A stretch of DNA of 64,000 nt from Octopus vulgaris (GCA_951406725.2 OX597815.1:37944001-38008000), one strand, 5' to 3'; numbered from the stretch's first letter, positions 1-12,520 are shown. Program-made: numbers and translations. Notes: generated by a model from the sequence alone, not told the origin.

Positions 1-441
1 AGAGGGCTGGCATGTGCAACTTGATCACCTCTGCCAGTCAAACTCCCAACCTATGCCTTCCCATCGCGAGACTGATTGCGCAGAACTGGTTTTTGTGTGA
101 AACCGAAACTCAACATACGAGGTTTATGTGTATTTTCAAAATCATGCTATTTTGCGGTCAAATTCGAGTTTTTCGCTTTCCTCTGCCTCCTATTTTGTCC
201 GACTAATGGCATGTGTACAGCCCCACTAATTTTCCCTGATTATGCCGTTCCAGGTGTGAAAACCGAAGTCCAATGAATATTAATTACTCTCATAAAAACT
301 CCAACTAGCTCATAAACAACAAATCTGGCCCGAGCTGAAATGTGATAAGAAACTTAGCTCTTGATTTAGTGAGAAATTTTTACAGCGACCCGGCAACGAA
401 CAACAAGCACTAGACCCGGCAACGCCGGGTCATAGTGCTAG
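1..441 (+). mobile_element. Helitron (non-autonomous) 3' terminal portion
   Basis: Perfect GC-rich hairpin GACCCGGC-AAC-GCCGGGTC (413-431), 6 nt upstream of CTAG (438-441) followed by T: the canonical Helitron 3' end. Partial copy GACCCGGCAACG at 387-398. The 5' end lies outside the window. Confidence 0.75.
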
Positions 442-2465
442 TCACAGTTAAAATATGTTCTGGCACATAAAACGCAGTACTAGCCATGTTACTTATATAA
501 ATTCACCATCAGTTATCGTAGATCATTATATGATTTAGACAGTACAATATCTCTGCAGGCTTGTGTATGGCCGCAGCTGAAGAAAGTAGTGCTTAAAGCA
601 ATTACTGTTAGTACTCAAAGAATGCACAAATGATTTAAAGTCTACGCTAGAGGAATGTGTTTGCAAACAATATTCAAAATATTAGGAACTTTATTCATCA
701 AAAGATTTGTCTTTAATGTTGATAATATTATTATCAAGAGAGCGAAAAAGTTATCGGAGACGTATGGGAGAAAACTTTATTTTAAAAAACAATGAAAGGA
801 TCATACACAGCAAAGAAGACAAAAAAAAACAACAGAATAGATACGAAAGAAAACAGATTTTTATACATTGATGAATAGCTTAAGCGGTAAATACACCGAA
901 TTATAGAGTCAATTAAAATGTGCACTTTTCTTGAAGAAAGGCAACAAAAATAGCGTGAGTCAACGATTCTCAAAGAAAAGAAGAAATACTTTTAAGAATT
1001 TATCAACTAATCTCATTACGCTAAGGGTTTTAGGAAGACCTTATCGTTTTTGTAGGCCTGGGTCTACTGTACAAATATTTCTGTATTACTGGATTTTATC
1101 AGCATAGCAGAGTTTATTGAAGCCTGTTTTGATCAGCTGTAACCAGCTTTTAAAGATAGAAAAGTTACGAATAATTTATGGCCAGTATAATTTTTGCCCA
1201 GTATAATGCAACCAGTATGGTTAAAGAAGAAAAGCAAAAGCACAAGTCAGCTCATGGCACGAATAAGTTAAATGGCAATATATAATTTGGAGGGTATGGC
1301 AACATATAAGTTGAATGATGTAAGAATAATTTTCATTTCATTAAAAGATTTCCAAAAGGCCTTCTCAAGCATATGGCAGGTAGTTACAAAAGAGATTAGG
1401 AATACTGTCTGCACATAAGCAAATTTTAATATCAAGCTAATATATCAACAGTTGCATAATAAAACATATAACATAAGTTTTACTACAATACAACATGAAT
1501 AAAAAAATTATACAAGCTTCATAATAAAATAATTTGTTAGATGTTATGTTCTGCAACTGGGTAAAATGACAACTGCCCAAAACTACTATCACTCACGCAA
1601 TGGCCAAAACAAATTTATTGCAGCTGATAAAAAATGTGACCTTTTTGATCCGTATCAATTTCAAACATCGCAAGAAAGAACCACTTCCTCTCTTTTCTCT
1701 TTCTAACCAAGCCTCCAAAATCTCACCACAAACACACACACACACATCCATCTCAAGTGTAAATAACAAAGAACATATCTATCACTCCGAAAACATTCCC
1801 TTCCAAAAACTTACGAAAATAAATTCAGTTCCACGCTTTTTCATTTAACTCACACATACATATAGGGCATAAGCGCTACAAAAACGAAAATAGGAAAATA
1901 TGTCGATCACGAATAAATTAAAATAAATAGTTAAGGAAAGCATACAGGGAATAAATTAAGAGAAACAATCTATGTGTGGTTATTATTGAACTTTACTGTA
2001 ATCAGAAGGTACTAATATGCGTCTAAATAGCCTTTTCTCATCCCGGTACACTAAAGGAAGCCTTGTTTATGATGTCATCATGAAGAAGCCAGAAACAATT
2101 TCATTTTTAATTGCTCATTTCTAGTAAAGTAATATTATCAGTAATAAATGGCTGGGTGTTGGAAGTGAATATAAATATAATTGATACTTGCACTTATAGA
2201 ATTTGGTATATAACAATAATAGAACTACCTTGTTGCTTATGTGTCTATTCAGCTGACAAAGAATGGAGAAATAATTGCTCTGATGAAATATTGAAGCTGT
2301 GACCTCAAACCAAACGAACGCCGGCAAGTATGTTGAATATCGCCAAGATACTTCAAGTAGAATCAAAACAAGCGAACTGTATATACAAACAGCTGGTGAG
2401 CTGGATATGAAAAAGATAATTGGCAAAAACAGCGTACTATGGCTTAAAATATCACAGAAAAGAGC

Positions 2466-2640
2466 AAGGCGGCGAGCTGTCAGCATCATTAGGGAGCCGG
2501 ACAACAGGTGTAGCAGTATTTCATCCGTCTTTATTCCAATTATGACGAAGTTGATTTTTCCTTTTATGAAATAAGTACCAGACAAGCACTTTGATACATT
2601 TAATCGAATTATCGCCCCTTCGAAAATGCTGGTCCTGTGC
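2466..2640 (+). mobile_element. Degenerate SINE (family A)
   Basis: Begins AAGGCGGCGAGCTG and contains AAATAAGTACCAG, as in the intact copy at 24407. Confidence 0.55.
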
Positions 2641-2675
2641 CGAAATTTGAAACAAATATACGAAAACAGCATTTA

Positions 2676-3965
2676 CGAGGGGCGTTCAATAAGTAATGCC
2701 CCTGACCCACTTCCCATAGCAGTAGAGCAACGAAACTTGGCACAGTTATTAGTCTTTTTCTACATAAGAACCACCCAGAGTTACGCATTTCTCCCATTGT
2801 TTGATGCAGCTCTGGAGACCGTTTTTGTAGAAGACCTCAGCTTGGTCCTCCAACCTGAACGTGACTTCAGAAATCAAGGCTGCATCATCTGGGAAACGCT
2901 TTCCTTTCAAAAACAACTTCATGACTGGGAAGAGGTGAAAATCAGAGAGTGCAAGGTCAGGAAAGTAGGGGGATAGGGGAGGAGTTCATAGCCATACGCC
3001 TGTGCTTCTGATCTGGCGACAAGCGAGTTGTGGACCGGAGCGTTGTCCTCCAGGAGGAGGATGCCTTTGCTGATCTTGCCCCGCCTCTTGATTTTGATAA
3101 CTTCTCTTAATTTCCTCAAAAGTGAAGCATAATAGGCTCCTGCAATTGTGGTACCCTTTGCCAAGAAATCTGTCATCACTACTCCGTCCTGGTCCCAGAA
3201 GACTGTGAGCATGACCTTGCCAGCGGAGGGCTGCACCCTTGCCTTCTTTGGAGGGGGTGAGTCACGGTACTTCCACTGCATTGACTGGGCTTTGGTCTCT
3301 GGATCATCGTGATGGACCCAGGTTTCATCCTGTGTAATCAGTCTTTTGAAATATTTTGACTCATCTTCTTGGCACATCTCCAAATTCACCCTCGAGCACT
3401 CGACGCGTTCTTGCTTCTGGAAAGGCGTGAGCAACCTGGAAATCCATCTGGCAGACACCTTTTGCATATGCAAATGGTCATGAATGATAGTTTCCACAGA
3501 CCTGGTACTAATCTTGACCTCATGGGCTATTTGGCGAATAATTATGCGTCGATCTTCCAAAATAGCAGCCTCAACTTGACGGACAGATGCCTCATCAATG
3601 GCAGAAAGGGCGACCAGATCTGGGAGCTGTTTCCACAGAGTTCCGACCATGTTTGAGTTCACGATGCCAGGGTTTTACAAGGTCATATGATGGGGCATCA
3701 TCACCATAAGTTACTTTCATTTCATCAAAAGTCTCCCGTGGTGTGCGTCCTTTCAAATACAAAAACCGGATCACTGCTTGACACTCAACAGGCTCCATTT
3801 CACACTTGACTCGGTTCAAACACCTGTTAATCAGAAACCACAATTAATTCAGAGCTGTAATTTGCCACGTACTCTATAGGGATATAAATAATTGCACATG
3901 CAAAATTTCAGCTAGATCAAACAACTGCAAGTGGGTCAGAGGCATTACTTATTGAACGTCCCTCG
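2676..3965 (-). mobile_element. Full-length mariner transposon, 1290 bp
   Basis: 37-bp TIRs CGAGGGGCGTTCAATAAGTAATGCCCCTGACCCACTT (2 mismatches between ends), flanked by TA at 2674-2675 and 3966-3967. Confidence 0.95.
2749..3798 (-). pseudogene. Mariner (DD34D-type) transposase with two frameshifts
   Basis: N-terminal HTH MEPVECQAVIRFLYLKGRTP...; frameshift near 3650; WISRLL (WVPHEL-like), TQDETWVH, LEDNAPVH; second frameshift near 2965 before PDLALSDFHLF; C-terminus WEKCVTLGGSYVEKD*. Confidence 0.92.
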
Positions 3966-5949
3966 TAAGTAGTAAAACTTAGAAATATCAGCGAAATGTC
4001 CTTTAAATCACACTCAATTGTCTTTAAAAATTAGTATGCGTTGGAAAATGTAGTCGCTAGTGTTCAATAAAAGTGGACTGATCTAAAGTGGAACAACACT
4101 TTTAGTCAAATAATCGCATGATGTACGTTAAACTAGTAGCAAAGACTCTACAGATATTTTAGTAGTATGTCTTAGGTGTATCATAACGCTCAAAGCAGAT
4201 GGTGTTTCAGGGAAACTGATTCAACGAAAGAGATTCTAGGCGGTCACTTGATCTGCTATAAACACGAGCCAAATCTTACGCATGTCATGATTCCAGCAAA
4301 GGAATCGGCAACAATATCTCTGACTGTGTCCTTTATATTCTTGATATATATATATATTTCGATACACACCTGTGGGAGGCATGTGCCACAGCATGTGAAA
4401 CGCACTAGTTAACTGGCTGACTCATAATACAACGTACTTAATTCCAGCCTATGAACTTACATGATGTCAATATAAGATATCCCAACCCTTCCTTAGAGAC
4501 TCTAGAGAAGATACCCCATCTCGATAAACATAGGTATGTAACCACTTGCTCGCTCTTCTCGCGGTAAACAAATAATTTTCTCTTATTACCTGTGGCTTTC
4601 ACATTTTTATTGGCTTCAATTTGATCTATGTCTAGTATTTTCTTTTGGTTTCCAACAAATAATTTTCTGTTACTCGTACTTTTTCTATTGTTTTTTATTT
4701 GAGTTCGCGTTTCACAATTTCTCTGTGCTGTTAAATTTAAAAGACTGACTGTAAAGCTGGGTAATTGTCATTTTCTTATTTATATTTTTCTTTATCTGTG
4801 GAGGTTTTTGAAATTTTGAGGGAGTTATGGGCAATATTTGTGGCCTACTCATTTCTTCTGATACTTTAGGAATAATCATATCAAAACTTTTACAAGGTGA
4901 AACTGATATTTGCAAAAATGTGTATATGATAAAAATGTCTAAGAATGAACCTTCCCTTCCACCCTCAGTGGAATTATATTGATATTCAAAGGACAAGAAA
5001 AAAAATGTAACCCATTTGATCAAATAAGCCCAAAAGAAACTATCTCCCAAGTGGCACTCTGAAAACTGACCGTCCATGGCGAAAAACAATGAAACTATCA
5101 ATAATAATTATTTTTGTACCTAATTTAGGTACAATACCAAGAGTTTTGAGAGGAAGGTGTTTAGTCGATATCGGCGACTCAGTATTTGATTAGTATTTTT
5201 ACATCTTGTTCTGTTTAGAGAATAGACTAAACAAAACAAGAGGGGACACGTTATTTTTACACATCATTTATCAATCCCCGAGGGATACAAAGCGAAGTTA
5301 CACTGAGCAGGATTTGAAATCTGAACAAAATTGGCTGAAAAAAATACTACATATTATTTCCGACTCTCTTACGATTCTTTCAATTTATCACCACAAAATA
5401 GCAGGAATAATTATTTCTTATTTAGACACGAGGTATGTAGTCTTAAGCGGAGTAGATTAGTTGCTATTGTCGATACCATTGGTTGACTAATGCTTTATTT
5501 TGTGTAACACTGGAATAACAATAGGGGTAAAAGTAACGTTACTTAGGTTTGAGATCAGAAAGTGAAGAGCCGGAACAAAATCAACGTCATATTCACACCG
5601 CTGTAATACCTCTGCCATTTCACCAACTTAATATAAACACTACTAATAATAAAATATATTTTACTTTCAAGTTTTCAAATATTGAGAATAATAAAACAGT
5701 TATCAATCAATTATACTAGCCCAGATCCTTTCTGTTTCGCGCAGTTTTCGTTTCTTTTCATTTTGTTCCAATTATCTTCAAATTTGGTTTATTGCTATAG
5801 TTTTGAATGCTAATTATGGAAATGAAATTCATTTTTGACATAACTTAATAATAAAATGTTAATAGCTTTTAAAGTTTGCAAATATTGGGTAAATTTTAGC
5901 TAATATAAAGCCACAGAAATATTGATGCCTGCATCTATTGTAACATGCC

Positions 5950-6280
5950 AAGTTATAAGTCTGCTTGCCACTACACAGCTGTTGATTATAAGAGCTACAT
6001 TCGTGAAATATGTACGGAGGACCTACTCCGCACCCCAGTTCAGATTGCCGGTCCTGGAAATTTTATTGAAGCAGCGTAAATACAAAACGAGGACTGGTGT
6101 TAATGGAGCAGTGGACTTTCGGAGGAGTGTGTCGCGAGACCAGAAATACTTTTTTTGTACCGTACCATGTCAGAATCGCGATGCATTAGAGGAATACATA
6201 CATCAGTCTATTCTTCCAGGAAACACAAATTTTAGCGACTTGTAGATGGCCTACTCTCAGATTCATGAATGGTTACAATT
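5950..6280 (+). pseudogene. Merlin/IS1595 (ISXO2-like) DDE transposase remnant
   Basis: Reading across frames gives VDYKSYIREICTEDLL..QIAGPGNFIE, KQRKYK, QWTFGGVCRET, NRDALEEYIHQSILPGNTNFSDL*MAY. This follows the GGPG..VEIDE / KRKY.RG / WVFGG / I.PG..I.SD.W.AY motif series. Confidence 0.7.
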
Positions 6281-6371
6281 TTCGACATAACGTTCATTAT
6301 TTCTATATTTTGTAATCTTTCGCAAAAACAATATCACTCAGAATTGTCCATTTGTTTACATGTCTGTTCAA

Positions 6372-6535
6372 GTATTTCCCACGTTCTGAATTCAAATTCC
6401 ACCGAGGTCGACTTTACCTTTTATCATTGCGGGGTCGATAAATTAAGGACCGGTTGTGTACTGGGGTCGACCTAATCGATTAGCCCCTTCCCTAAAAAAT
6501 TCGGGCCTTGTACTTAGTGTAGAAAAGAATATTTC
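6372..6535 (+). mobile_element. SINE family A, 5'-truncated
   Basis: GAATTCAAATTCCACCGAGGTCGACTTTACCTTTTATCATTGCGGGGTCGATAAATTAAGGACC matches the 24407 copy. Confidence 0.8.
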
Positions 6536-8299
6536 CCATAACTTTATAAACTAAAACTTATAAAAACTAGTTGTAACGTTTTGTGAAATATTGTCTTAGA
6601 CAACTTTCACACAAAATTCCAGCTTCCAAATCCTGTTTCGTGATTGGGTAAAAATAATCAAACTTTATCCTCTACAACATTTCTCTGCGACAAGCGAATA
6701 ACAAAATCAGATTCAGAGTAAAAACATCACATCAATATACAGAATTTTCACTTGTTTTTAAAATTTCAGAAACAGAAAATATTTCTAGCTTCTAAAATAA
6801 CTAAAATACTTATTCATAACGTTCGATGGCTACATTATACTTGAGCTATAATGTTTAGTATAACAAATATTAAATGCGTTTGTGTACTAACACAATATAT
6901 GAGTAAAAATAGCACATATACACAACAAAATCTCGCCAAATTTTATCAAAACAAACGCTATACAAATCAACTATGACATACAATGTAATCTGCATTACAA
7001 ACGATACCATTAGGCCGTCTTATATGCAGTATGCCGTCGTCTAAATTTAGTCTCCAGACTACAAAATGTCTGTAATGTCAGCGTGAGAGCGTGTAGCGTC
7101 TTCTCGATAGGTGAACGCCAGATATAGTAATTCGCTTTCTAATACGCGTGATCATAAAAATACAACGATAACTACGTGTGAACGATGGAATAAAGTAAAA
7201 TGTCTAGAAGCATTATACACATATAGAATAGTAAAATATGCATGGCAACGCTATTAAGACATCTAGAAAATAGAAATATAACGACTCAAAGCAACAACAA
7301 CAAAAACAAATGCAAAAAAAATACGTAGTAGCGCCCTAGATGTTCTACAAAAGAACAAGTTAGAGATGAGATAACATAATAATGCTACTGATGTGTGCTT
7401 TTTATAAACCAACACGAAATTTCGTGTGGGCATTGGTACTTGTAACAGCATCCGTTCGTTACGTTATTATTGCTTTATTTTTATGGAAACATTGATAATT
7501 TATATGAAGTATATTGTCTTCTTTTTACTCACTATATATAGAAAGAATATAGAACTCACTTGTCAATATTGGTGTTTCAAATTTCGTTGCGTTCGCAGAA
7601 CTTCGAGATAAAGGAGTGTGAAAGATGGAAAGATTTGTTCCAAACGTTTTCGATAGTAAATATTGATTTTCGTATTATTCTAGTATAGATAATATCTCAT
7701 GAACCATCCAAGAGATACAGTAGCAATAAAAACCTGAAAGAACAAAAATTAGTTATGTTTAATAAATTGCCATACATAACGACACAATATACAAAACAAG
7801 TTTTATGTAGATTAAGCAGTGGGCGTACTGTCTTTATGGTATGTGAGTTAAAGTGTATGTGATGGAAAGAAGTGTAATAGGTACACCTTGAAATCCAAAC
7901 CAGCCTGAAGGCGCCGCTTCTTGCGTTCACGTTTACAATAATATTTTCTACATCTGCCAGACAACACTTGATTCATTTTGCAATCCGATAAATTTCATAA
8001 ATTTTAAAATAAAAATGTCTACATTTTTAATGATAATTTTGTAATTTAATGCATTTAACAATCAGAGGTAATCCTTATTGGAGTCAAGAATCAGAACATT
8101 TTGAAATCCACAAGAACTTCATTTTGAAACGTTACTGTATGCATTGTGGATTTCAACGCTTTATTTATAAAGTTAATTTCTTTCAGCAAACAACTCTAAT
8201 TCAGAAATCTGTTCTGACTGAACGTTTTCTTTTCCTCATTCTTAGACTATTCTCAAATATTTATAGGTTGTCATATAACCTGATGAATATTATCTTTTA

Positions 8300-8716
8300 T
8301 CTTATATCTTTTACATGTTTCAGACATTTCACTGCGGGCACGCTGGATCACCGCCTTGAAACACTTTTTATTTGATTGAATCAAGCCCAGTAAGTTTTTT
8401 AAAGCCACGTACTTATTTTCTCGATCTTTGTCCGAACTGTTAAGTAACGTGGACGTAAACACATCTATGCCGGCTGTCATGCGGTGATGATCATGGTGAA
8501 CAAACACAAACGCAAAAGTACACTCCCACGCACATATACACGTATTACTATGTAATTGACGGGCTTCTTACAATTTCCATCTACTAAATCCACTCACAAA
8601 TCTTTGGTTGACCCAACGAAACAATACAAGACCCTTGTCTAAGGTGCCATGCAGTGAGAGTAAACTCGGAACCATGCGGTTCGGAAGCAAACTTCTTACC
8701 ACACAACTACGCTCGT
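8300..8716 (-). mobile_element. SINE family B (tRNA-derived), degenerate
   Basis: Reverse-strand homology to 15703-16089 (AAATCCACTCACAA, AAGGTGCCATGCAGTG, TTCTTACCACACA). Confidence 0.75.
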
Positions 8717-9317
8717 ATAATCCATAATAAAAATGTTCACTTCAGTTTTAAATACAATCCAATTCGCTTGTGTTTTATGTGGATAGCAAATTTAAAAAAT
8801 AATGATTTACAAATAACTGTACTACTTGTACAAATGGAAACGAAATCATATCTTGCTTGGCTTCCTATTTGGAAGTTTAATTATTCAGAGCAATTTTGAG
8901 TCATAAGATGGAGGGAAGAAATAATTACGAAAAAATGTCCACAAATTACTGGAAATCGTGTTAAAATGTTAAATAAATCGTATTGAACAATGAGGGTATT
9001 TCTGTTGTCAAAAGTGGCTGCAGCAGAGCCTTACAGAAAATTTCTTTTCGACAGAGGACAGTTAGGTCTCATAAATTATAGAAACTTAGGATTTACGCTT
9101 AATAATTCTAAAACAGATTGTCATATTGTTGTTTCAGTCTCAGTAGCTGCACAAATAACTTTATGGGAAAAACTGGGTATGCCACTGTCAAAACAAGAAA
9201 TTTGTTCTAAGTTGTCATCATAGTTGATTTCTTGATTTCCCGGTCAACTTTGATTACGCAACCTATGATAAAAGGCATTATGTCCTGTCTTGTTAGATGT
9301 ATGCTGGTTTTCAATAT

Positions 9318-9745
9318 GTAAAAGTGGGTACCCAAAGTAATAGCAAACGTTCTCTGTGGCACAAGCCCGTTATAGTTCAGGTTTCCGCCGGTAGAAGCCA
9401 CTTGATGCGATGCTCATTCATGTCTGCCGACCAGCGACGTTGATTGATGTTGTACTGCCACGTAGTGCGTCTTTGTTTTGCAGTGCTTCTCCCCTGTTCG
9501 TCGATTTTTGCGATAGCAGAAACGAAGAACCAACATGCTTCCGTGAAATTTTGTTTTCTACAGAGGAAAACGCTGGAGGAAATAGGTGTCATGCTTTAAA
9601 AAGCTTCAAGGATGCTGCCATGAGCAAAACTTAAGTTTACGAGTGGTTTTCACGGTTTAAGAATGGCCCCTTGTCGCTTGAAGACCAACCTCATTCAGGG
9701 TGAATATCGACCTCCTGAACAAATGAAAACATCACGAAAATTCTT
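9318..9745 (+). mobile_element. Mariner 5' fragment (N-terminal HTH), truncated at a (TAA)n tract
   Basis: Translates across stops and frameshifts as NQHASVKFCFLQRKT..FKDAAMSKT*VYEWFSRFKNGPLSLEDQPHSG..TNENITKI. Confidence 0.75.
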
Positions 9746-9747
9746 TC

Positions 9748-9843
<96 letters not shown>

Positions 9844-9872
9844 CATCATTATTATTATTATTATCATTATTA
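9748..9872. repeat. (TAA)n microsatellite
   Basis: Direct sequence; abuts the 3' end of the Dong-like LINE. Confidence 0.98.
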
Positions 9873-10773
9873 TTCAGTAGTTTTATTTTTGTAAAGTGCT
9901 TTCATTTCAATACTGAGCGCAGCTCTCTGTGCCTTGGATATGTGCTGCGGTTTGCTGTGATCCTGTTATGGTTGCGTAGGATGTGTGCAGTGCTCAATAC
10001 TGCAATCTTCTGCATGTTATATATATTTGTAAGTTCTGGTGTTTTTTCTTATGTATTTGTCTTTTTATGTATTTTTTATTATACCTAATGCACCCACTAT
10101 TGTTTCTGTTTTTAGATTCCACATTCGAGTTACCTCCATTTCCAGGTCTTTGTTTTTCGAAAAGTTTCTCCATTGCTTTTAGAGAAACGTTGTCATCTGC
10201 TGGTACTGATTCATCAATTAGAAAACATTTTTCCTTTATAATCTCTGACAACTATATCTGGCCTATTGGCCTTAATTTCTCTATCTGTGTGTATTAGCAT
10301 AACCCATAGCATGGTTGCTTTCTCGTTTTCTGTGGGCATTTCTGGCGTGTGCTTACACCATCTTTTTTCTGTTGTTATTTTATAGGGTTGGCATAGCTTC
10401 AAGTGTATGTAGGTCCAAACTCTATCGTGTATGTGAATATATTTCTTGTTAGCCAGGACTGGGCAGCCAGAGATAATATGATTTATTGTTTCTTGTCCAT
10501 CTCCACATATTCTGCAGTTACTTATGTTTCTTTTCATTATATGTTTTTGGTAGTTTCTGGTGGGGAGGCTTTGGTCTTGTGCTGCAATTATAAATATTTC
10601 AGTTTTCGCTTTGAGTCCTGAGCTTCCCAACCACTGCTGATATTTTTCTCTGTCCATTTCCTTTATGTTTATTTTAGCCAAGTATTTGGCATACAGGGGC
10701 TTTTCTTGCCATCGCTTTATCAAGCTCCATTGCTGCTCTAGATTTAGCATGGATTTCATTTGTTTTATAGATA
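9873..10773 (-). mobile_element. R4/Dong-like non-LTR retrotransposon, 5'-truncated (CCHC + RLE endonuclease + 3' UTR)
   Basis: ORF 10214-10759: IAAQDQSLPTRNY, CRICGDGQETINHIISGC, HDRV, HTDREIKANRPDIVV; continues CFLID..VP.D and IVGALG. The 3' end runs into (AAT)n. Confidence 0.9.
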
Positions 10774-11190
10774 TTCTTCTTCTTCTTCTTCTTCTTCTTC
10801 TTCTTCTTCTTCTTCTTCTTCTTCTTCTTCTTCTTCTTCTTCTTCTTCTTCTTCTTCTTCTTCTTCTTCTTCTTCTTCTTCTTCTTCTTCTTCTTCTTCT
10901 TCTTCTTCTTCTTCTTCTTTCTTTCTTCTTCTTCTTCTTCTTCTTTTTTTTCTTCTTCTTCTTTTCTTCTTTCTTTTCTTCTTCTTCTCCTTCTTCTTCT
11001 TCTTCTTCTTCTTCTTCTTCTTCTTCTTCTTCTTGTATTTGTTAGAGTTCTTCTTTTTCTTCTTCTCTTTTCTTCTTTTTTTTTTCTTCTTCTTCTTTTC
11101 TTCTTCTTTTTTTTCCTTCTCCTCCACATCTTTTGTATTTCTTCTTCTTCTTCTTCTTCTTCTTCTTCTTCTTCTTCTTCTATCTTCTTC
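10774..11190. repeat. (GAA)n/(TTC)n microsatellite with short unique inserts
   Basis: Direct sequence. Confidence 0.97.
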
Positions 11191-11460
11191 TTTGTATTTG
11201 TTAGGAAGTATGACTTAAATAAGAAGCTTGTTTGTACTTGTCAACTTCCTGAAGACAGGTTTTTGTTTTGCTTGTGTTTTGTGGCTATTTGTATTAGTTT
11301 TCATTACTTCTGAAGTGATCAGGTATTTCGCAGTCCTATGGTGGCTATTTTATAATAGAATATTTGCTGTAGCCAGCTGTATACCAAGCAAAACAATGTC
11401 TACACTTCTATACGTTGTATATGTAGCCATGAGAGCCACTGCCTGGTACTGCATCAGGGC
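11191..11460 (-). mobile_element. Short variant of the (TAA)n-associated non-coding element (family C)
   Basis: Shares the 5' end GCCCTGATGCAGTACCAGGCAGTGGCTCTCATGGCT and the blocks ACATTGTTTTG and GCTACAGCAAATATTCT with 11522-12074, then diverges. Confidence 0.7.
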
Positions 11461-11521
<61 letters not shown>

Positions 11522-12074
11522 GAGTGAGCGAGCAGAGCATGCCATCAAAGTGACACTGGGGTAAAATATACGAAGCCCAGTATACCCATCATGACTACCC
11601 GTCTGATAAGGGTACACCAGGCACATGCATCACAACCATATGTGCGCGACATGGTGATCTCATATCAAGATAAACAGCACATGACCTTGCAGGTGGAGCC
11701 CAGTTAGAATTTTCTTCAGATCGAGTAACCCATCCCGCTCAAAGGTCCCTGAATAAGGGTTGTTTAAGGACGTTGAACGAAACACCCATGTTTCCAGAGG
11801 TGAATTATTCAAACCCCAAAGAATCCTTCTCAACACATGGCTATGATGCTCCCCCACTACTTCTGCTCGTGATCAGAGATGCACATATCGTCAGCCACTA
11901 AGGGACATGCTCAACTGGTTAAGGTCAAACAACTGACAAGCAAATCTGTGGTATTGAGCAGAATATTTGCTGTAGCCCATCTTTTATACCAAGACAAAAC
12001 AATGTACATGATAACACTTGCAATCAGTTAAGATCAGAAGCCATGAGAGCCACTGCCTGGTACTGCATCAGGGC
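11522..12074 (-). mobile_element. ~550-bp non-coding interspersed element in (TAA)n (family C)
   Basis: Flanked by (AAT)n on both sides; closely similar second copy at 30161-30835; no credible ORF. Confidence 0.85.
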
Positions 12075-12129
12075 ATGCCTGGTACTGCATATTATTATTA
12101 TTATTATTATTATTATCGTTGTTGTTATT

Positions 12130-12520
12130 GTCATTTACTTTTAATCTGCATGTTTGATGCAATCACTTGCCGGGGCACACCCAGCGCCCTAGGGCAAGTG
12201 AAGTTGTTGAAATATAGGGCAAGTGAGTTGTTGAAATATAGCTGAAAGCTTGGGGAGGGGAAGTAGAGAAATATCTCCATGTAATACAAACACAAACATT
12301 TATATTGATAGGGTTTTTCTAAGGATGTGGGCAGTACTTGTTAGCACAATCTTTTGGATTTCCTTGAGACATGGTTTTCCAGGGATATTGTCTAGTTGCT
12401 TCTGACATCCCTTTTTTATCATACCTAGGGCACCTACAATAACAGGAACAGTTTTTGTTTTAAGATTCCACATCTTTTGTATTTCAGTTTTTGTTTTAAG
12501 ATTCCACATCTTTTGTATTT
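12130..12520 (-). mobile_element. R4/Dong-like LINE 3' fragment
   Basis: EIQKMWNLKTKTVPVIVGALGMIKKG...EIQKIVLTSTAHILRKTLSI* plus 3' UTR ending in an AAT/AAC tract; 36-bp tandem duplication at its 5' junction. Confidence 0.88.

Noticed and set aside
10665-11218. Poly-L/K/E/S ORFs
   Set aside because: Translations of the (TTC)n tract, open in most frames; no coding signal.
12045-12074. CTGATG at the family C 5' end as a hammerhead core
   Set aside because: Reads CTGATGC rather than CTGANGA, and no stem II or GAAA follows.
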